A stretch of 51,674 nucleotides of DNA from an uncultured Oscillospiraceae bacterium (GTDB taxonomy: Bacteria > Bacillota > Clostridia > Christensenellales > Aristaeellaceae), in assembly GCA_964511785.1 (NCBI GenBank), contig CAZEIB010000001.1, positions 1-51,674 of the forward strand. Reading direction: 5' to 3'. The position numbers and the translations under genes are program-made. The notes beneath the pieces were generated by a model. It had not been told where the DNA came from. It worked only from the letters and a program-made list of their open reading frames with translations, and did no database searches. Of this stretch, positions 34,617 through 45,440 are shown one piece after another; the stretch's first letter is position 1; each line of letters starts with the position of its first letter.

Positions 34617-35996
34617 TTATATGCCCAGCAATGCAGTAGCCAAACCAAAGTAAATTAATAAAGATAGTGCATCTACAATAGTTGTAATAAACGGGCTTGC
34701 CATTACTGCCGGGTCAAAGCCTAGTTTTTCAGCTAGTAACGGAAGAATTCCCCCTACAAACTTTGCAATGAGTATGGTTAAGGCCATGGTAAGAGAAACT
34801 ACTAAAGCTACCAATATGGTTATACTATCATTTCCCAGTAAAAGCCTGTCAACAAGCAACAATTTCCCAAAAGTAGCAACTGATAAAGTTGCTCCACACA
34901 GAAATCCTACCCTGCTTTCCTTCCAAACCACTTCCAACAAATCTTTAAAAGTTAGTTGCTTTAAAGACAATCCACGAATAACCGTAACAGAAGACTGACT
35001 ACCGGCATTTCCTCCTGAGTCCATTAACATGGGGATAAAAGCTGTTAGCACAACGGAAGCTGCCAAGGCATCTTGAAAGCCTGTAATAATCATTCCGGTA
35101 AAGGTAGCGGAAATCATTAAAATTAACAACCAAGGAATACGGCTTTTCCATATTTCTACAACAGAGTTTTTCAAATATGGTTTTTCCGAAGGAGTAATAG
35201 CCGCCATTTTTTCAATATCTTCTGTGGCCTCTTCTTGAATAACGTCAATTACATCATCAGCCGTAATAATCCCCACTAAACGGTTTTCTTTATCTACTAC
35301 AGGCATTACAGAAAAATCGTATTTTCCTAGAAGATGAGCCACGGTTTCTTGATCTTCCAAGGTTTGTACCGATACTACCCGCTCTTCCATAATGCTTTCC
35401 ATAGTAGCATTTCCAGATGCAATAATAATTTCTTTTAGAGAAACCACTCCAATTAAGTGCCTGGAAGAATCAATAATATAACAAACATTAACGGTTCTCT
35501 TATCTGCTCCACTTTTTCGGATAACGTTAATGGCCTCGTCTGCTGTGGTGCTAGTGGATAAAGATACATATTCCACCGTCATTAAACTACCGGCACTATC
35601 TTTTGGGTAGTTTAAAATAGCATTAATACTGGCTCGCATTTGAGGATCGGTTGTGTTTACCAGTATTCTTTTTACTACATTGGCAGGCATTTCTTCAATT
35701 AAGGTAACAGCATCATCTACAAATAAATCGTCAATAACTTCTTGAAGTTCTTTATCTGTAAAAGTTTGTACAAGAGCGTGCTGCCCTTCTGTTTCCATTT
35801 CAATAAATACATCTGCGGCCACTTCTTTAGGAAGCATTCTAAATAAAACCGTGGTGGTTAAATGGGGAAGCTCATCAAAAATCTCAGCAATTTGGGCAGG
35901 TTGCATGGTTAACAAAAGTTCTCGAACCGTATTGATTTTTTTCTCCTGCCATAGGGATTCAATTACTTGAACAAAGTTTAAATCATTCTTCTCCAT
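34617..35996 (-). CDS. mgtE: magnesium transporter MgtE
   Basis: MgtE N-domain, two CBS domains and a TM domain with DSGGNAGSQS. Start placed at the MEKND ATG after a GGGAGGAGGGGGG RBS. Confidence 0.9.
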   Translation of the reverse strand: MEKNDLNFVQVIESLWQEKKINTVRELLLTMQPAQIAEIFDELPHLTTTVLFRMLPKEVAADVFIEMETEGQHALVQTFTDKELQEVIDDLFVDDAVTLIEEMPANVVKRILVNTTDPQMRASINAILNYPKDSAGSLMTVEYVSLSTSTTADEAINVIRKSGADKRTVNVCYIIDSSRHLIGVVSLKEIIIASGNATMESIMEERVVSVQTLEDQETVAHLLGKYDFSVMPVVDKENRLVGIITADDVIDVIQEEATEDIEKMAAITPSEKPYLKNSVVEIWKSRIPWLLILMISATFTGMIITGFQDALAASVVLTAFIPMLMDSGGNAGSQSSVTVIRGLSLKQLTFKDLLEVVWKESRVGFLCGATLSVATFGKLLLVDRLLLGNDSITILVALVVSLTMALTILIAKFVGGILPLLAEKLGFDPAVMASPFITTIVDALSLLIYFGLATALLGI

Positions 35997-36244
35997 AATC
36001 CCCCCTCCTCCCACACAAAAGCCAAAGGACAATTTTTTGCCCAATGGCCTCTAAAACTGTATAAATTGTAGTCTATAAAATAGGGGTTGTCAATTTGAAA
36101 AAAAGATTGACAATGGTTTTTTATCTCTATCTTCCCTTTCTCCTATACGCTCTTCAATGAGATTGTAAATTCCTTGACAATTTTCAAAGAGGGGATTATT
36201 ATGAAATTAATAAATTAATTACATATTTTTAGGAGGTTTTTTCT

Positions 36245-37336
36245 GTGAAAAAAATATTATCTCTGTTCTTAGTCCTACTCATGACCCTCGGTGCTTTTTC
36301 TTTTGCTCTAGCCGAAGAGAAAACTGGTGCCCTTGCCATTGATCCCGAATTGATCGCTGCTGCCCAAGCAGAGGGAGAGCTGGTAGTTTACGGTTCTTGT
36401 GAAGAGGCCTACTTGTTTGCCGCTGTCAAAAAATTTGAAGAACTTTTTGGTATTAAAGTAAGTGCTCAACGCTTATCCACAGGAGAAGTGCAAGCAAAAA
36501 TTACTGAAGAAAAAGGAAATCCTTCTGCCGACGTATGGTTTGGTGGAACCAGTGACCCTTATAACGAAAGTATCGCTGCAGGCCTGTTAGAACCCTATGA
36601 AGCCAAAAACGCCAGTCATCTCGTATCCGATATTTATCGAGATAAAGACGGCCATTGGTATGGCATTTATAAAGGACTTTTAGGCTTTATGGTAAATAAA
36701 GAAGAACTAGAATACATGAAGCTAGACCCTCCTCAAGATTGGGACGATTTACTGAAACCTGAATATAAAGACCTTATTTGGATGTCCAACCCTAATACCG
36801 CCGGTACTGCTAAAGTGGTTATTAACACCATGGTACAAATGAAGGGCCATGATGAAGCCATGAAATATTTTGTAGAATTAGATAAAAACATTGCCCAATA
36901 TACCAAAAGCGGTTCTGGTCCTTCTAAAAAAGTAGGTATTGGCGAATGTATTATCGCTATCGGCTTTTTACACGATGGCATCACCCAAATTTTAATGGGT
37001 TATGACAATGTAGAGCTGATTATCCCTTCTTCCGGCACCAGCTACGAAGTAGGTGCTACTGCCATTTTCAAAGGAGTCAAACATCCCAATGCTGCCAAAT
37101 TATGGATTGAATACGCCTTATCCCCCGATTGTGTTAATTTAGGAAAAACCAACGAATCTTATCAATTCCTAGTCATTGACAATGCAGAGCAACCCAAAGA
37201 AGCTATTGCTTTTGGCCTTGACCCTGAAAATGCAATTGACTATGACTTTGAAGATGCCAAAGCCAACACCACTAAATACGTTGAAGACTTTTTCAACGCC
37301 CTTGGCAGTGCTGATGATCGCTTTAAAACCGAATAA
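36245..37336 (+). CDS. ABC transporter periplasmic-type substrate-binding protein (Fe(III)/FbpA-AfuA-like)
   Basis: Signal peptide. GTG start after AGGAGG. First gene of an SBP / double-permease / ATPase operon. Confidence 0.75.
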   Translation: MKKILSLFLVLLMTLGAFSFALAEEKTGALAIDPELIAAAQAEGELVVYGSCEEAYLFAAVKKFEELFGIKVSAQRLSTGEVQAKITEEKGNPSADVWFGGTSDPYNESIAAGLLEPYEAKNASHLVSDIYRDKDGHWYGIYKGLLGFMVNKEELEYMKLDPPQDWDDLLKPEYKDLIWMSNPNTAGTAKVVINTMVQMKGHDEAMKYFVELDKNIAQYTKSGSGPSKKVGIGECIIAIGFLHDGITQILMGYDNVELIIPSSGTSYEVGATAIFKGVKHPNAAKLWIEYALSPDCVNLGKTNESYQFLVIDNAEQPKEAIAFGLDPENAIDYDFEDAKANTTKYVEDFFNALGSADDRFKTE

Positions 37337-37417
37337 TTTAATACTATTCTAACTATTAGGGAGGATAAATTTCCTTATCCTCCCTTTTTATACGCTTTTC
37401 AAAAAGGAGGAAAGTCA

Positions 37418-39133
37418 ATGGCTTCGCGGCAAAGTGCAAAACTTGAAAGAAGAAAATTTTACCAAGACCCTGTATTGGTTATTACCATTACAATATTGGT
37501 CGCTTTTCTTTTTTTATTTGTGCTCTACCCTTTAATTATGTTGTTAATTGACAGTGTGGTCACAAAAGAAGGGATTTTTACCCTTTCAGCCTTCCCTAAA
37601 ATTTTTAAAGATTATACCTTTAAAAATGCCTTTACCAATACCTTGTTGTTAGGGGTTATTGTGGGTATCGGTTCCACCCTTATTGGGTTGTTGTTTGCCT
37701 ATATGGATTGTTATGTAAAAGTAAACCCTCTATTAGGCAGGCTTTTTAATGTGGTTTCATTGCTGCCTGTAGTCTCCCCACCTTTTGTTCTTTCTTTATC
37801 AATGATTTTACTTTTTGGTAGGCAAGGACTAATTTCCAGAGGGCTTTTAGGTATACGTACTTCCAACGTATATGGACTATGGGGAATTGTTATTGTACAA
37901 ACCATGACCTTCTTCCCTGTTTGTTATTTAATGCTTAAAGGTTTATTAAAAAACATCGATCCTTCTATGGAAGAAGCAGCAAGAGACATGGGCGCTTCCA
38001 GATGGAAAGTGTTTACCACGGTTACTTTCCCTTTGCTTTTGCCGGGCTTAGGCAATGCTTTTCTAGTTACCTTCATTGAATCTGTAGCAGATTTTGCCAA
38101 CCCCATGTTAATTGGCGGTAGTTACGATACCTTGGCCACCACTATCTATTTACGTATTACCGGTGGTAGTTACGATACCATGGGTGCTGCGGCCATGGCA
38201 GTGGTGCTTTTAGCTATTACCTTGGGGCTGTTCTTGGTGCAAAAATACTATTTTGAAGCCAAAACCGCTGCTACTTTAACAGGAAAAGCTTCTAGAGAGC
38301 GTATACCCATTCGAGATAAAAGTGTTACCGCACCTTTAAGCACTTTTTGCATTCTTATTTCGGCTTTCGTTGTTTTAATGTATGTCAGCGTTCCCTTTGG
38401 TGCTTTATTTAAACTTTGGGGCAGAGATTATTCCCTTACTTTAGACCACTTTAGAGAAATGTTTAGGCGAAACGGTATGGCTGCCTTTAAAGACTCTTTC
38501 ACTTTATCCGCCATTTCCGCCCCTATCACCGCCCTATTATCTATGATTATTTCCTACATTGTGGTGAAGAAAAAATTCAAATTAAAAGGCTTTGTTGAAT
38601 TTGTTTCTATTTTAGCTATGGCAGTGCCTGGTACGGTACTTGGCGTAGGGTTTATTCGCGGCTTTGCCAATGGCGTGTTTAGAACAGGATTTTTACAAGG
38701 TATTTATGGCACAGGCCTTATTCTAGTTATTGTATTTATCACTAGATCCTTGCCAGTAGGTACCCGAAGTGGTATTTCTGCCCTAAGGCAAATTGATAAG
38801 TCCATTGAAGAATCTGCCTTTGATTTAGGGGCCGGTAGTGGTAAAGTATTTACCTCTATTACCTTACCTTTAATTAAAGATTCCTTCTTTAGCGGCTTGG
38901 TTACCACTTTTGTTCGATCAATTACGGCTATTAGTGCCATTATTTTATTGGTTACCCCACAATATTTCCTCATTACCGTACAGATTAATGAATATGCTGA
39001 AAAAGGGCATTACGCTATTGCTTGTGCCTATGCCACCATATTAATTTTAATTGTTTATACTGCCATTGCCATTATGAATCTGTTATTAAAATACTTTGGT
39101 ACCAGCAAAAAAGTAAAGGAGGTTAAAGGGTAA
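37418..39133 (+). CDS. ABC transporter permease, duplicated (two-module) FbpB/AfuB-like
   Basis: 571 aa, two repeated 6-TM modules each with an EAA-like loop (EEAARDMGAS and EESAFDLGAG). Confidence 0.85.
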   Translation: MASRQSAKLERRKFYQDPVLVITITILVAFLFLFVLYPLIMLLIDSVVTKEGIFTLSAFPKIFKDYTFKNAFTNTLLLGVIVGIGSTLIGLLFAYMDCYVKVNPLLGRLFNVVSLLPVVSPPFVLSLSMILLFGRQGLISRGLLGIRTSNVYGLWGIVIVQTMTFFPVCYLMLKGLLKNIDPSMEEAARDMGASRWKVFTTVTFPLLLPGLGNAFLVTFIESVADFANPMLIGGSYDTLATTIYLRITGGSYDTMGAAAMAVVLLAITLGLFLVQKYYFEAKTAATLTGKASRERIPIRDKSVTAPLSTFCILISAFVVLMYVSVPFGALFKLWGRDYSLTLDHFREMFRRNGMAAFKDSFTLSAISAPITALLSMIISYIVVKKKFKLKGFVEFVSILAMAVPGTVLGVGFIRGFANGVFRTGFLQGIYGTGLILVIVFITRSLPVGTRSGISALRQIDKSIEESAFDLGAGSGKVFTSITLPLIKDSFFSGLVTTFVRSITAISAIILLVTPQYFLITVQINEYAEKGHYAIACAYATILILIVYTAIAIMNLLLKYFGTSKKVKEVKG

Positions 39134-40207
39134 ATGAGTAATAAAAAAGGTGTTCACCTTGAAGGTGTTTCTAAAATATATAAAAACCCTAAAACTAAAG
39201 AAGATTTTTATGCAGTAAATAAGATTTTTTTACAAATTAATCCGGGAGAATTTGTTACCTTATTAGGCCCTTCCGGTTGTGGTAAAACCACCACCCTTCG
39301 AATGATTGCCGGCTTTGAAAGCCCCGATGAAGGAGAAATATATTTAGGAGAAAAAGCCATAAATGCTTTACCTCCCAACAAACGCGATACCGCCATGGTT
39401 TTCCAAAGTTATGCCCTGTTTCCCCATTATAATGTATTTGATAATGTAGCCTATGGCCTTAAATTAAAACGTTTACCCAAACAAGATATTCATACCCGGG
39501 TGATGAAAATATTAGACTTGGTAGAATTAACAGGCTATGAAGACCGAATGACCAATCAGCTATCCGGCGGACAACAACAGCGGGTGGCTTTGGCCAGAGC
39601 TTTAGTAGTGGAGCCCAGTGTATTGCTTTTTGATGAGCCTTTATCCAACTTAGATGCCAAGCTTCGGGTAACCATGCGTACGGAAATACGAAAAATACAA
39701 CAAGCCCTTGGTATTACTGCTGTTTACGTTACCCACGACCAATCGGAAGCTATGAGCATCTCCGATCAGATTGTCATTATGAATAAAGGCCTTATTGCAC
39801 AAATGGGAACACCTAAAGAAATATACTACCAGCCTAACAGCAAGTTTGTAGCCGATTTTATTGGAGAAGCCAATTTCTTGGAAGGTATCATTAAAGAGGT
39901 TCGTGGTAACGAAGCCCTTATTACTTTAATGGGAGGAGAAGTTTTAGCAAAAAAACCTGAAAACTTAACTATTGGAGACCAATGTACTTTGGTTCTTCGT
40001 CCTGAAGGAGCCACTTTAGCCGATGAGGGAGATCTTGCCTGCGAAGTAGTTCTGTCCACTTTTATGGGCGCTTACCAGTATTACCATGTTATGGTTGGAG
40101 ATACCAAGGTAATTATTGAAGAATACCACCCTGTAAATAAAAAGATTTACCAAGAAGGAGACAGGCCTTTTGTATTGTTAGACAAAAGTAGCCTTCACTT
40201 GTTATAG
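39134..40207 (+). CDS. ABC transporter ATP-binding protein (FbpC/PotA-like)
   Basis: Walker A GPSGCGKTT, signature LSGGQQQRVALARAL, Walker B LLFDEPLS. C-terminal TOBE-like domain. Confidence 0.9.
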   Translation: MSNKKGVHLEGVSKIYKNPKTKEDFYAVNKIFLQINPGEFVTLLGPSGCGKTTTLRMIAGFESPDEGEIYLGEKAINALPPNKRDTAMVFQSYALFPHYNVFDNVAYGLKLKRLPKQDIHTRVMKILDLVELTGYEDRMTNQLSGGQQQRVALARALVVEPSVLLFDEPLSNLDAKLRVTMRTEIRKIQQALGITAVYVTHDQSEAMSISDQIVIMNKGLIAQMGTPKEIYYQPNSKFVADFIGEANFLEGIIKEVRGNEALITLMGGEVLAKKPENLTIGDQCTLVLRPEGATLADEGDLACEVVLSTFMGAYQYYHVMVGDTKVIIEEYHPVNKKIYQEGDRPFVLLDKSSLHLL

Positions 40208-40218
40208 TTTCCTTAATG

Positions 40219-40266
40219 AAAAACCCCTTGGCAGGATTAGATGTTGTCTTGCCAAGGGGTTTTTTA
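40219..40266. terminator. bidirectional terminator
   Basis: AAAACCCCTTGGCA...TGCCAAGGGGTTTTTT. Confidence 0.8.
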
Positions 40267-40285
40267 TCTTAGTTTTTTTATTTGT

Positions 40286-40636
40286 CTAACTCCAGTAAGC
40301 TGCCCAGCCCTCCATTTGTTTAATGATGATTTCTCCCACGCCACTGGTTACCTTTTGTGCTGCAGGAATTAAATCCTCAAGGGTAAGGTGGTGGGCTTTC
40401 ATTGCATTATTGCAAGCTGCCAAAACAACTCCCTGGTTCATCAGTTTTTCTTGAATTTCCTGATTTTTTTTGGTAGCTAGTAGTAAGTTTATAGCTTCTC
40501 CCATAAACACCACCTCTACGGAAAGACCATGTTTCTCTTTATGGGCATGGTTTTTTAAATTATTTATTTTAAGGAGTATTTTTTCTATTTTATTCATTTC
40601 GTCTATGGGAAACAATGCTTTCAAAATCACAATCAT
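40286..40636 (-). CDS. DsrE/DsrF-like family small protein
   Basis: 116 aa. Alternating beta-alpha pattern with VVLAACNNAM, resembling the DsrE-like family, from memory. Confidence 0.5.
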   Translation of the reverse strand: MIVILKALFPIDEMNKIEKILLKINNLKNHAHKEKHGLSVEVVFMGEAINLLLATKKNQEIQEKLMNQGVVLAACNNAMKAHHLTLEDLIPAAQKVTSGVGEIIIKQMEGWAAYWS

Positions 40637-40651
40637 CCCTCCTGTTTTCTT

Positions 40652-43273
40652 TTATTTTTTGCTATGATGTTTAACTAAACCTATGGCTTTAGCCAGTTCC
40701 ATTACCAAAAATGGCACTATAGATAAACCCAGTCCAATAAGGTATAAGTGGGTAGGCAGCACCACAAGCTCAAAAGCTACCCGTACAGGGGTAAACAGTA
40801 CCAGCACCATAAGGGCAGTAGATATAAGGGCGGCCATGTTCAGCTTTTTATTGCTGAAAGGCCCTATGGTAAATAAGGAATGATCGGAACGCATATTAAA
40901 GGCCTGTACCACCTGGGAAAAAGCCAATACCATAAAAGCTAAGGTTTGGCCTCCCCCTTCTAAGCCTGTAACGGTTTCACCAATTTTAAAACCGATTAAG
41001 GTTAAAATACCAAACATAAACCCTTGTAAAAAGATTCTTACTCCGTAACCGCCAGCAAAAAGCCCTTCTTTTTTTCCTTTGGGTTTTTGGTCCATCACAT
41101 CTTTTTCTACAGCTTCCATTCCAAGGGCAATGGCAGGTAAACTATCGGTAACCAAATTAATCCAAAGTAACTGCATAGATAAAAGAGGAGATTTATGCCA
41201 TAAAAGCATAGCCCCAAGCACTGTTAATATTTCTCCAAAGTTGGTTCCTAGTAAAAAACCTACTACTTTTTTAATATTGGCGTAAATGCCTCGACCTTCT
41301 CGCACAGCATCTACAATGGTGGCAAAATTATCGTCAGTTAAAATCATATCTGCCGCCCCTTTGGCTACATCGGTACCGGTAATGCCCATAGCACAACCAA
41401 TATCTGCCGCCTTTAAGGCAGGGGCATCGTTTACCCCATCTCCCGTCATAGAAACTACCTGGTCTTTACGTTGCCATGCCTTTACAATACGAATTTTATT
41501 CTCAGGGGATACCCTTGCATAAACAGAAATTTTTTCCAGCTTTTCATCTAATTCCTGTTCATCCATCCCATCTAATTCTACCCCTGTAATAGATAAATCC
41601 CCTTCATGGAAAATTCCAATTTCTTTAGCAATGGCTGTTGCCGTTACCACGTGGTCACCGGTAATCATTACAGGTTTAATACCAGCTTTAATACACACTG
41701 CCACTGCTTCCTTTGCTTCAGGGCGTGGTGGGTCTATCATTCCTACAAGGCCCATTAAAGTTAAGCCATTTTCAAGCTCAGCCGAAGTTAAATTTTCAGG
41801 AAGAGTATCAATCACTTTATAGCCAATAGCCAGTACCCGTAAAGCTTCTTTACTTAAAGCATTGTTTACTTCTTTGGCCTTTTCAATATTTCCCTTCGTA
41901 ATACGGTTTTCCATCATATCAATGGCACCTTTTACAATAACCATCAATTTCCCGTCCATTTGGTTAATGGTGGTCATCAATTTACGGTCAGAATCAAAGG
42001 GAATCTCTCCAAGCCTTGGGTATTTTTGGTTAAGGTCTTCTTTGGTTAAGCCGTTTTTATAAGCAGCTAATACAATGGCTGTTTCCGTAGGGTCGCCAAT
42101 GTGGGTTTCTTCTTCCCCTTTAATAATAACAGAACCATTGGAACAAAGGGTTCCTAAGGTTAGTAACTCTTTTACTTTAGAAGAGTTGTTTTGATTTATA
42201 CCCTCTTCTTCCTCATTTTCGTCTATATAAGCCTTCATTAATGTCATACGATTTTGGGTTAAAGTACCGGTTTTGTCAGAACAAATCACCGATGCACTAC
42301 CTAAGGTTTCTACTGCAGGCAGCCTTCTGATAATGGCATTCTTTTTAACCATACGTTGTACTCCAATAGACAATACAATGGTCACAATAGCAGGAAGCCC
42401 CTCAGGAATGGCCGATACTGCTAAAGAAACTGCCGTCATAAAAATTTTCATCACCGGAATGTTGTTCATCATTCCCAATATAAATACTAAAGCCGAGGCT
42501 AAAATAGCCACCAGCCCTAGATATTTGCCCATTTGAGCAAGCTTTACTTGTAACGGGGTTTGGCTATCTGTTTCCCCTTCCAATAATTTGGCAATTTTCC
42601 CCATTTGGGTGTTCATCCCTGTAGCTGTAACCACAGCTACGCCAGTACCGTAGGTAATGCTACATCCTGAAAAAACCATGTTGGTTCTATCTCCTAAGGG
42701 GGCATTTTCTTTTACAGGACTGGCGGCATCTTTTTCTGAAGGAACCGATTCTCCTGTTAAGGCGGATTCTTCACTTTTAAGGCCTGCACTTTGAAGCAGC
42801 CTGGCATCTGCAGGAATAAAATCTCCCGCTTCCAGTTTAATTATATCTCCCGGAACCAAGAGAACTGCATCAATAAGGTTTTCTTCTCCGTTTCGTATTA
42901 TCCTTGCATGGGGTGCAGATAAGTTTTGTAAAGCATCTAAGGCTTTTTCCGCCTTGCTTTCCTGCATAACCCCCATTAGGGCATTAATGATAACAATGGC
43001 CATAATTAATGCAGGTTCAAAAAATTCTTTGGCATCGCCTTCAACAAGGGCAATAACAAAGGATATAATAGCAGCACCAATTAAAATTAAAATCATTACA
43101 TCTTTAAATTGGTCAATAAATCGCTCAATATTGGTTTTTTTCTTTTTTTCTTTTAATTTGTTATCACCATATTTTTGTTGCTTTTCTTTTATTTGCTCTG
43201 TGGTAAGGCCTGTATTCGGATTGGTAGAAAGTTTTTCTAATACTTCTTCTGCCCGTTCATCATAAAATGCCAA
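40652..43273 (-). CDS. cation-transporting P-type ATPase (P2-type, probably Ca2+)
   Basis: CSDKTGTLTQN phosphorylation site, TGES actuator motif (LTGESVP), MTGDGVNDAPALK hinge, 10 TM helices. Confidence 0.9.
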   Translation of the reverse strand: MAFYDERAEEVLEKLSTNPNTGLTTEQIKEKQQKYGDNKLKEKKKKTNIERFIDQFKDVMILILIGAAIISFVIALVEGDAKEFFEPALIMAIVIINALMGVMQESKAEKALDALQNLSAPHARIIRNGEENLIDAVLLVPGDIIKLEAGDFIPADARLLQSAGLKSEESALTGESVPSEKDAASPVKENAPLGDRTNMVFSGCSITYGTGVAVVTATGMNTQMGKIAKLLEGETDSQTPLQVKLAQMGKYLGLVAILASALVFILGMMNNIPVMKIFMTAVSLAVSAIPEGLPAIVTIVLSIGVQRMVKKNAIIRRLPAVETLGSASVICSDKTGTLTQNRMTLMKAYIDENEEEEGINQNNSSKVKELLTLGTLCSNGSVIIKGEEETHIGDPTETAIVLAAYKNGLTKEDLNQKYPRLGEIPFDSDRKLMTTINQMDGKLMVIVKGAIDMMENRITKGNIEKAKEVNNALSKEALRVLAIGYKVIDTLPENLTSAELENGLTLMGLVGMIDPPRPEAKEAVAVCIKAGIKPVMITGDHVVTATAIAKEIGIFHEGDLSITGVELDGMDEQELDEKLEKISVYARVSPENKIRIVKAWQRKDQVVSMTGDGVNDAPALKAADIGCAMGITGTDVAKGAADMILTDDNFATIVDAVREGRGIYANIKKVVGFLLGTNFGEILTVLGAMLLWHKSPLLSMQLLWINLVTDSLPAIALGMEAVEKDVMDQKPKGKKEGLFAGGYGVRIFLQGFMFGILTLIGFKIGETVTGLEGGGQTLAFMVLAFSQVVQAFNMRSDHSLFTIGPFSNKKLNMAALISTALMVLVLFTPVRVAFELVVLPTHLYLIGLGLSIVPFLVMELAKAIGLVKHHSKK

Positions 43274-43343
43274 AGTTAATCCCCCTTAAATAAGTTGTTT
43301 GGTATAGGTACTAGGATAATAGGAAAAATTTCCTCATTCTTTT

Positions 43344-45422
43344 TTACTCTTTAGATAGGTATAGGTTTTTCATATATCCTTTTTTCCCCGTTAAGTTATT
43401 ATACTGAAAAAATGAGTATTGTGCCAATAATGGGTCTATCTCCATATAATCTTTTTCGTAAATTTCCCCTTGCCTATCTACAATACCTAAAGTGCTTGTA
43501 ATGGGATAGGCTTCTTTACACTCAAGTAAATATTTTTCAAAGCCGGTAAAGGGAAGGTTTAAAGCCTCCTTAATTAAAACAGATAGATAGTTAACACTTA
43601 CATGGTCTGTTTCCCCTTGAATTTTTTGTAAAGGATAGTTTGCCCATATCATATAAGGAACACTGTGGTTTTGAAATGGATTTTTATCTTTAGGAGAAAG
43701 GGCTTCCAAGGCTTCTTCAAAGCCGTCTTTAATAGCAGGAAGGTGATCTCCATACATAATAATGACCACCTTTTCCTTTTTGTTTTGATAATGGTTTATC
43801 AATTTTTCAAAAGCCTTGTCTGACAGATGAAGCAAGTTAAAATACTGGTTAGCTTGAGAAAATTCGCCTTTAGGGGAGGTAACTTGTATGGTATTGGGTA
43901 CCGGGGTTCTTCCTTTTCCTAAAGTTTCATCTTCCCAAGTATAACCTCCATGGTTTTGCATGGTAACCCCAAACAAAAAAACCGGTTCTTCCATAGGGTC
44001 AATTCTATTTACCATGTACTTATAAAAAGCTTCATCTAAAGCATAGCTGCGCACCAAATCTTTTTTTTCAAAGCCCATGGTTTCTAAACTAATAAATTGG
44101 TCAAATCCCATATGGGGATAGGCTGCCGGTCTTCCCCAGCCAGAACGGGTATAAGGGTGCATAGCCAAGGTTTGATAGCCTAAGGTTTTCATGCTGTCTC
44201 CAAGGCCTGCAATTCTATTATGTACCAAGCGCTGCATAGCACTTTCATTTACCCCGTCAAGGGCCATTCCCAAAGTGCCTGTTAGGCCTTCAAATTCACT
44301 AAGGGCAGTTCCGCCTCCAAAAGCATTCACCACTAAATAGCCACTTATAACCCCTTCTTCTTGAGAAAGTTTATGCCAAAAAGGCAAAGGATCTTGGTTG
44401 GTTTCGAAGCCTTCTACCATCCTATAATCGGCAAAAGCTTCGTTCATAATAAAAATCATTTTATCAGGCAATTGGCTTTGATCCAGCCCTTGGATAGAAT
44501 CGGAAGGGTATTTTTCTTCTAAAAGAGCTACATTTTCTTCATAACCCGGCGGTGCTTCTATAGACATATAGGGAATTACCCCTAAAAAATTTAATACAAA
44601 GGTATGTTTAGCACTGGAGTCGTTTGGATTCCAATATTCTGAACGAATACTTGTTTTTTCCCAAAAACCGGGGGATAATATAAGTATTACTACAACTACT
44701 CCATAGGCCAAAAAGCCTAAACACTCTAGCCCCTTTCTCTTCCCTTTCTTTTTTACAGAAAAAAGAGCATCTATTTTAAAAGACAGCATCCATAGAAGAA
44801 TAAGTATTTGTATAGTGGAAAATACAATAGGGGTAATGGAAAGAGTATATTCTCCTATTACATTGGCCGCGGTTTGAGCCGCATAAAAATCGTGGGGTAA
44901 AAAGGTACGGTCCCTAAACATCAACATATAATAATTTACAAGGGAAAGAAGGATTAATACCGTTCCCCCTAAGGTTAAAGCAAAGGCTTTTTTTCCTGTT
45001 ATTCCGTAAATCAACCCGCAAAAGCCTATAAAAATCAAAACAGCTACAATAAAGCATTTAATATAGGTAAAGGTAAAATGGCTATTGTTTGTTAACCAAA
45101 AACTTCTAAGGTTAAGGCTTTCACTTAAGGTAAGAAAGAGAATCGCAATAAAAAGCAAATAGATTCCCTGATGAAAAGAAGTAACTTTTCCTTTGGTTTT
45201 TTCAGCCTGCTTTTTATTTTTAGGCAATACCGTCAAAATTCCCAGTGTAAAAACCAAAGTAAAAACCATTGATATAGGAAAGGCTTTTTTTGTAAAAACA
45301 GTAAAAAGAATATATCCCATCTGAAAAGCAGCGGTAATGATTAAATAGTATACAGTTTTTATATTGATTTTATCTTCATCAATCGGTGTTTTTTTGCCAC
45401 CTTTTGCTGAGGAAAGTTCCAT
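43344..45422 (-). CDS. LTA synthase (LtaS)-family sulfatase-domain membrane protein
   Basis: Multi-TM N-terminal half plus an extracytoplasmic sulfatase-like domain (IFIMNEAFADY..., MYGDHLP). Confidence 0.7.
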   Translation of the reverse strand: MELSSAKGGKKTPIDEDKINIKTVYYLIITAAFQMGYILFTVFTKKAFPISMVFTLVFTLGILTVLPKNKKQAEKTKGKVTSFHQGIYLLFIAILFLTLSESLNLRSFWLTNNSHFTFTYIKCFIVAVLIFIGFCGLIYGITGKKAFALTLGGTVLILLSLVNYYMLMFRDRTFLPHDFYAAQTAANVIGEYTLSITPIVFSTIQILILLWMLSFKIDALFSVKKKGKRKGLECLGFLAYGVVVVILILSPGFWEKTSIRSEYWNPNDSSAKHTFVLNFLGVIPYMSIEAPPGYEENVALLEEKYPSDSIQGLDQSQLPDKMIFIMNEAFADYRMVEGFETNQDPLPFWHKLSQEEGVISGYLVVNAFGGGTALSEFEGLTGTLGMALDGVNESAMQRLVHNRIAGLGDSMKTLGYQTLAMHPYTRSGWGRPAAYPHMGFDQFISLETMGFEKKDLVRSYALDEAFYKYMVNRIDPMEEPVFLFGVTMQNHGGYTWEDETLGKGRTPVPNTIQVTSPKGEFSQANQYFNLLHLSDKAFEKLINHYQNKKEKVVIIMYGDHLPAIKDGFEEALEALSPKDKNPFQNHSVPYMIWANYPLQKIQGETDHVSVNYLSVLIKEALNLPFTGFEKYLLECKEAYPITSTLGIVDRQGEIYEKDYMEIDPLLAQYSFFQYNNLTGKKGYMKNLYLSKE

Positions 45423-45440
45423 ATGAAAAGCTCCTTTAGT

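Noticed and set aside
35997-36094. An M-box (Mg2+) riboswitch was expected upstream of mgtE.
   Set aside because: The promoter (TTGACA-17-TACAAT on the minus strand) leaves only a ~60-nt leader, far shorter than an M-box (~160 nt), and none of its conserved blocks are visible.
40652-43273. Numerous 60-103-aa plus-strand ORFs inside the P-type ATPase gene, and similar antisense ORFs inside ftsK, the TrxR-like gene, the MFS gene, the DEAD-box helicase gene, the ABC genes and the malic enzyme gene.
   Set aside because: They are antisense or alternate-frame ORFs within strongly supported genes. They lack an RBS and give low-complexity translations typical of shadow ORFs.
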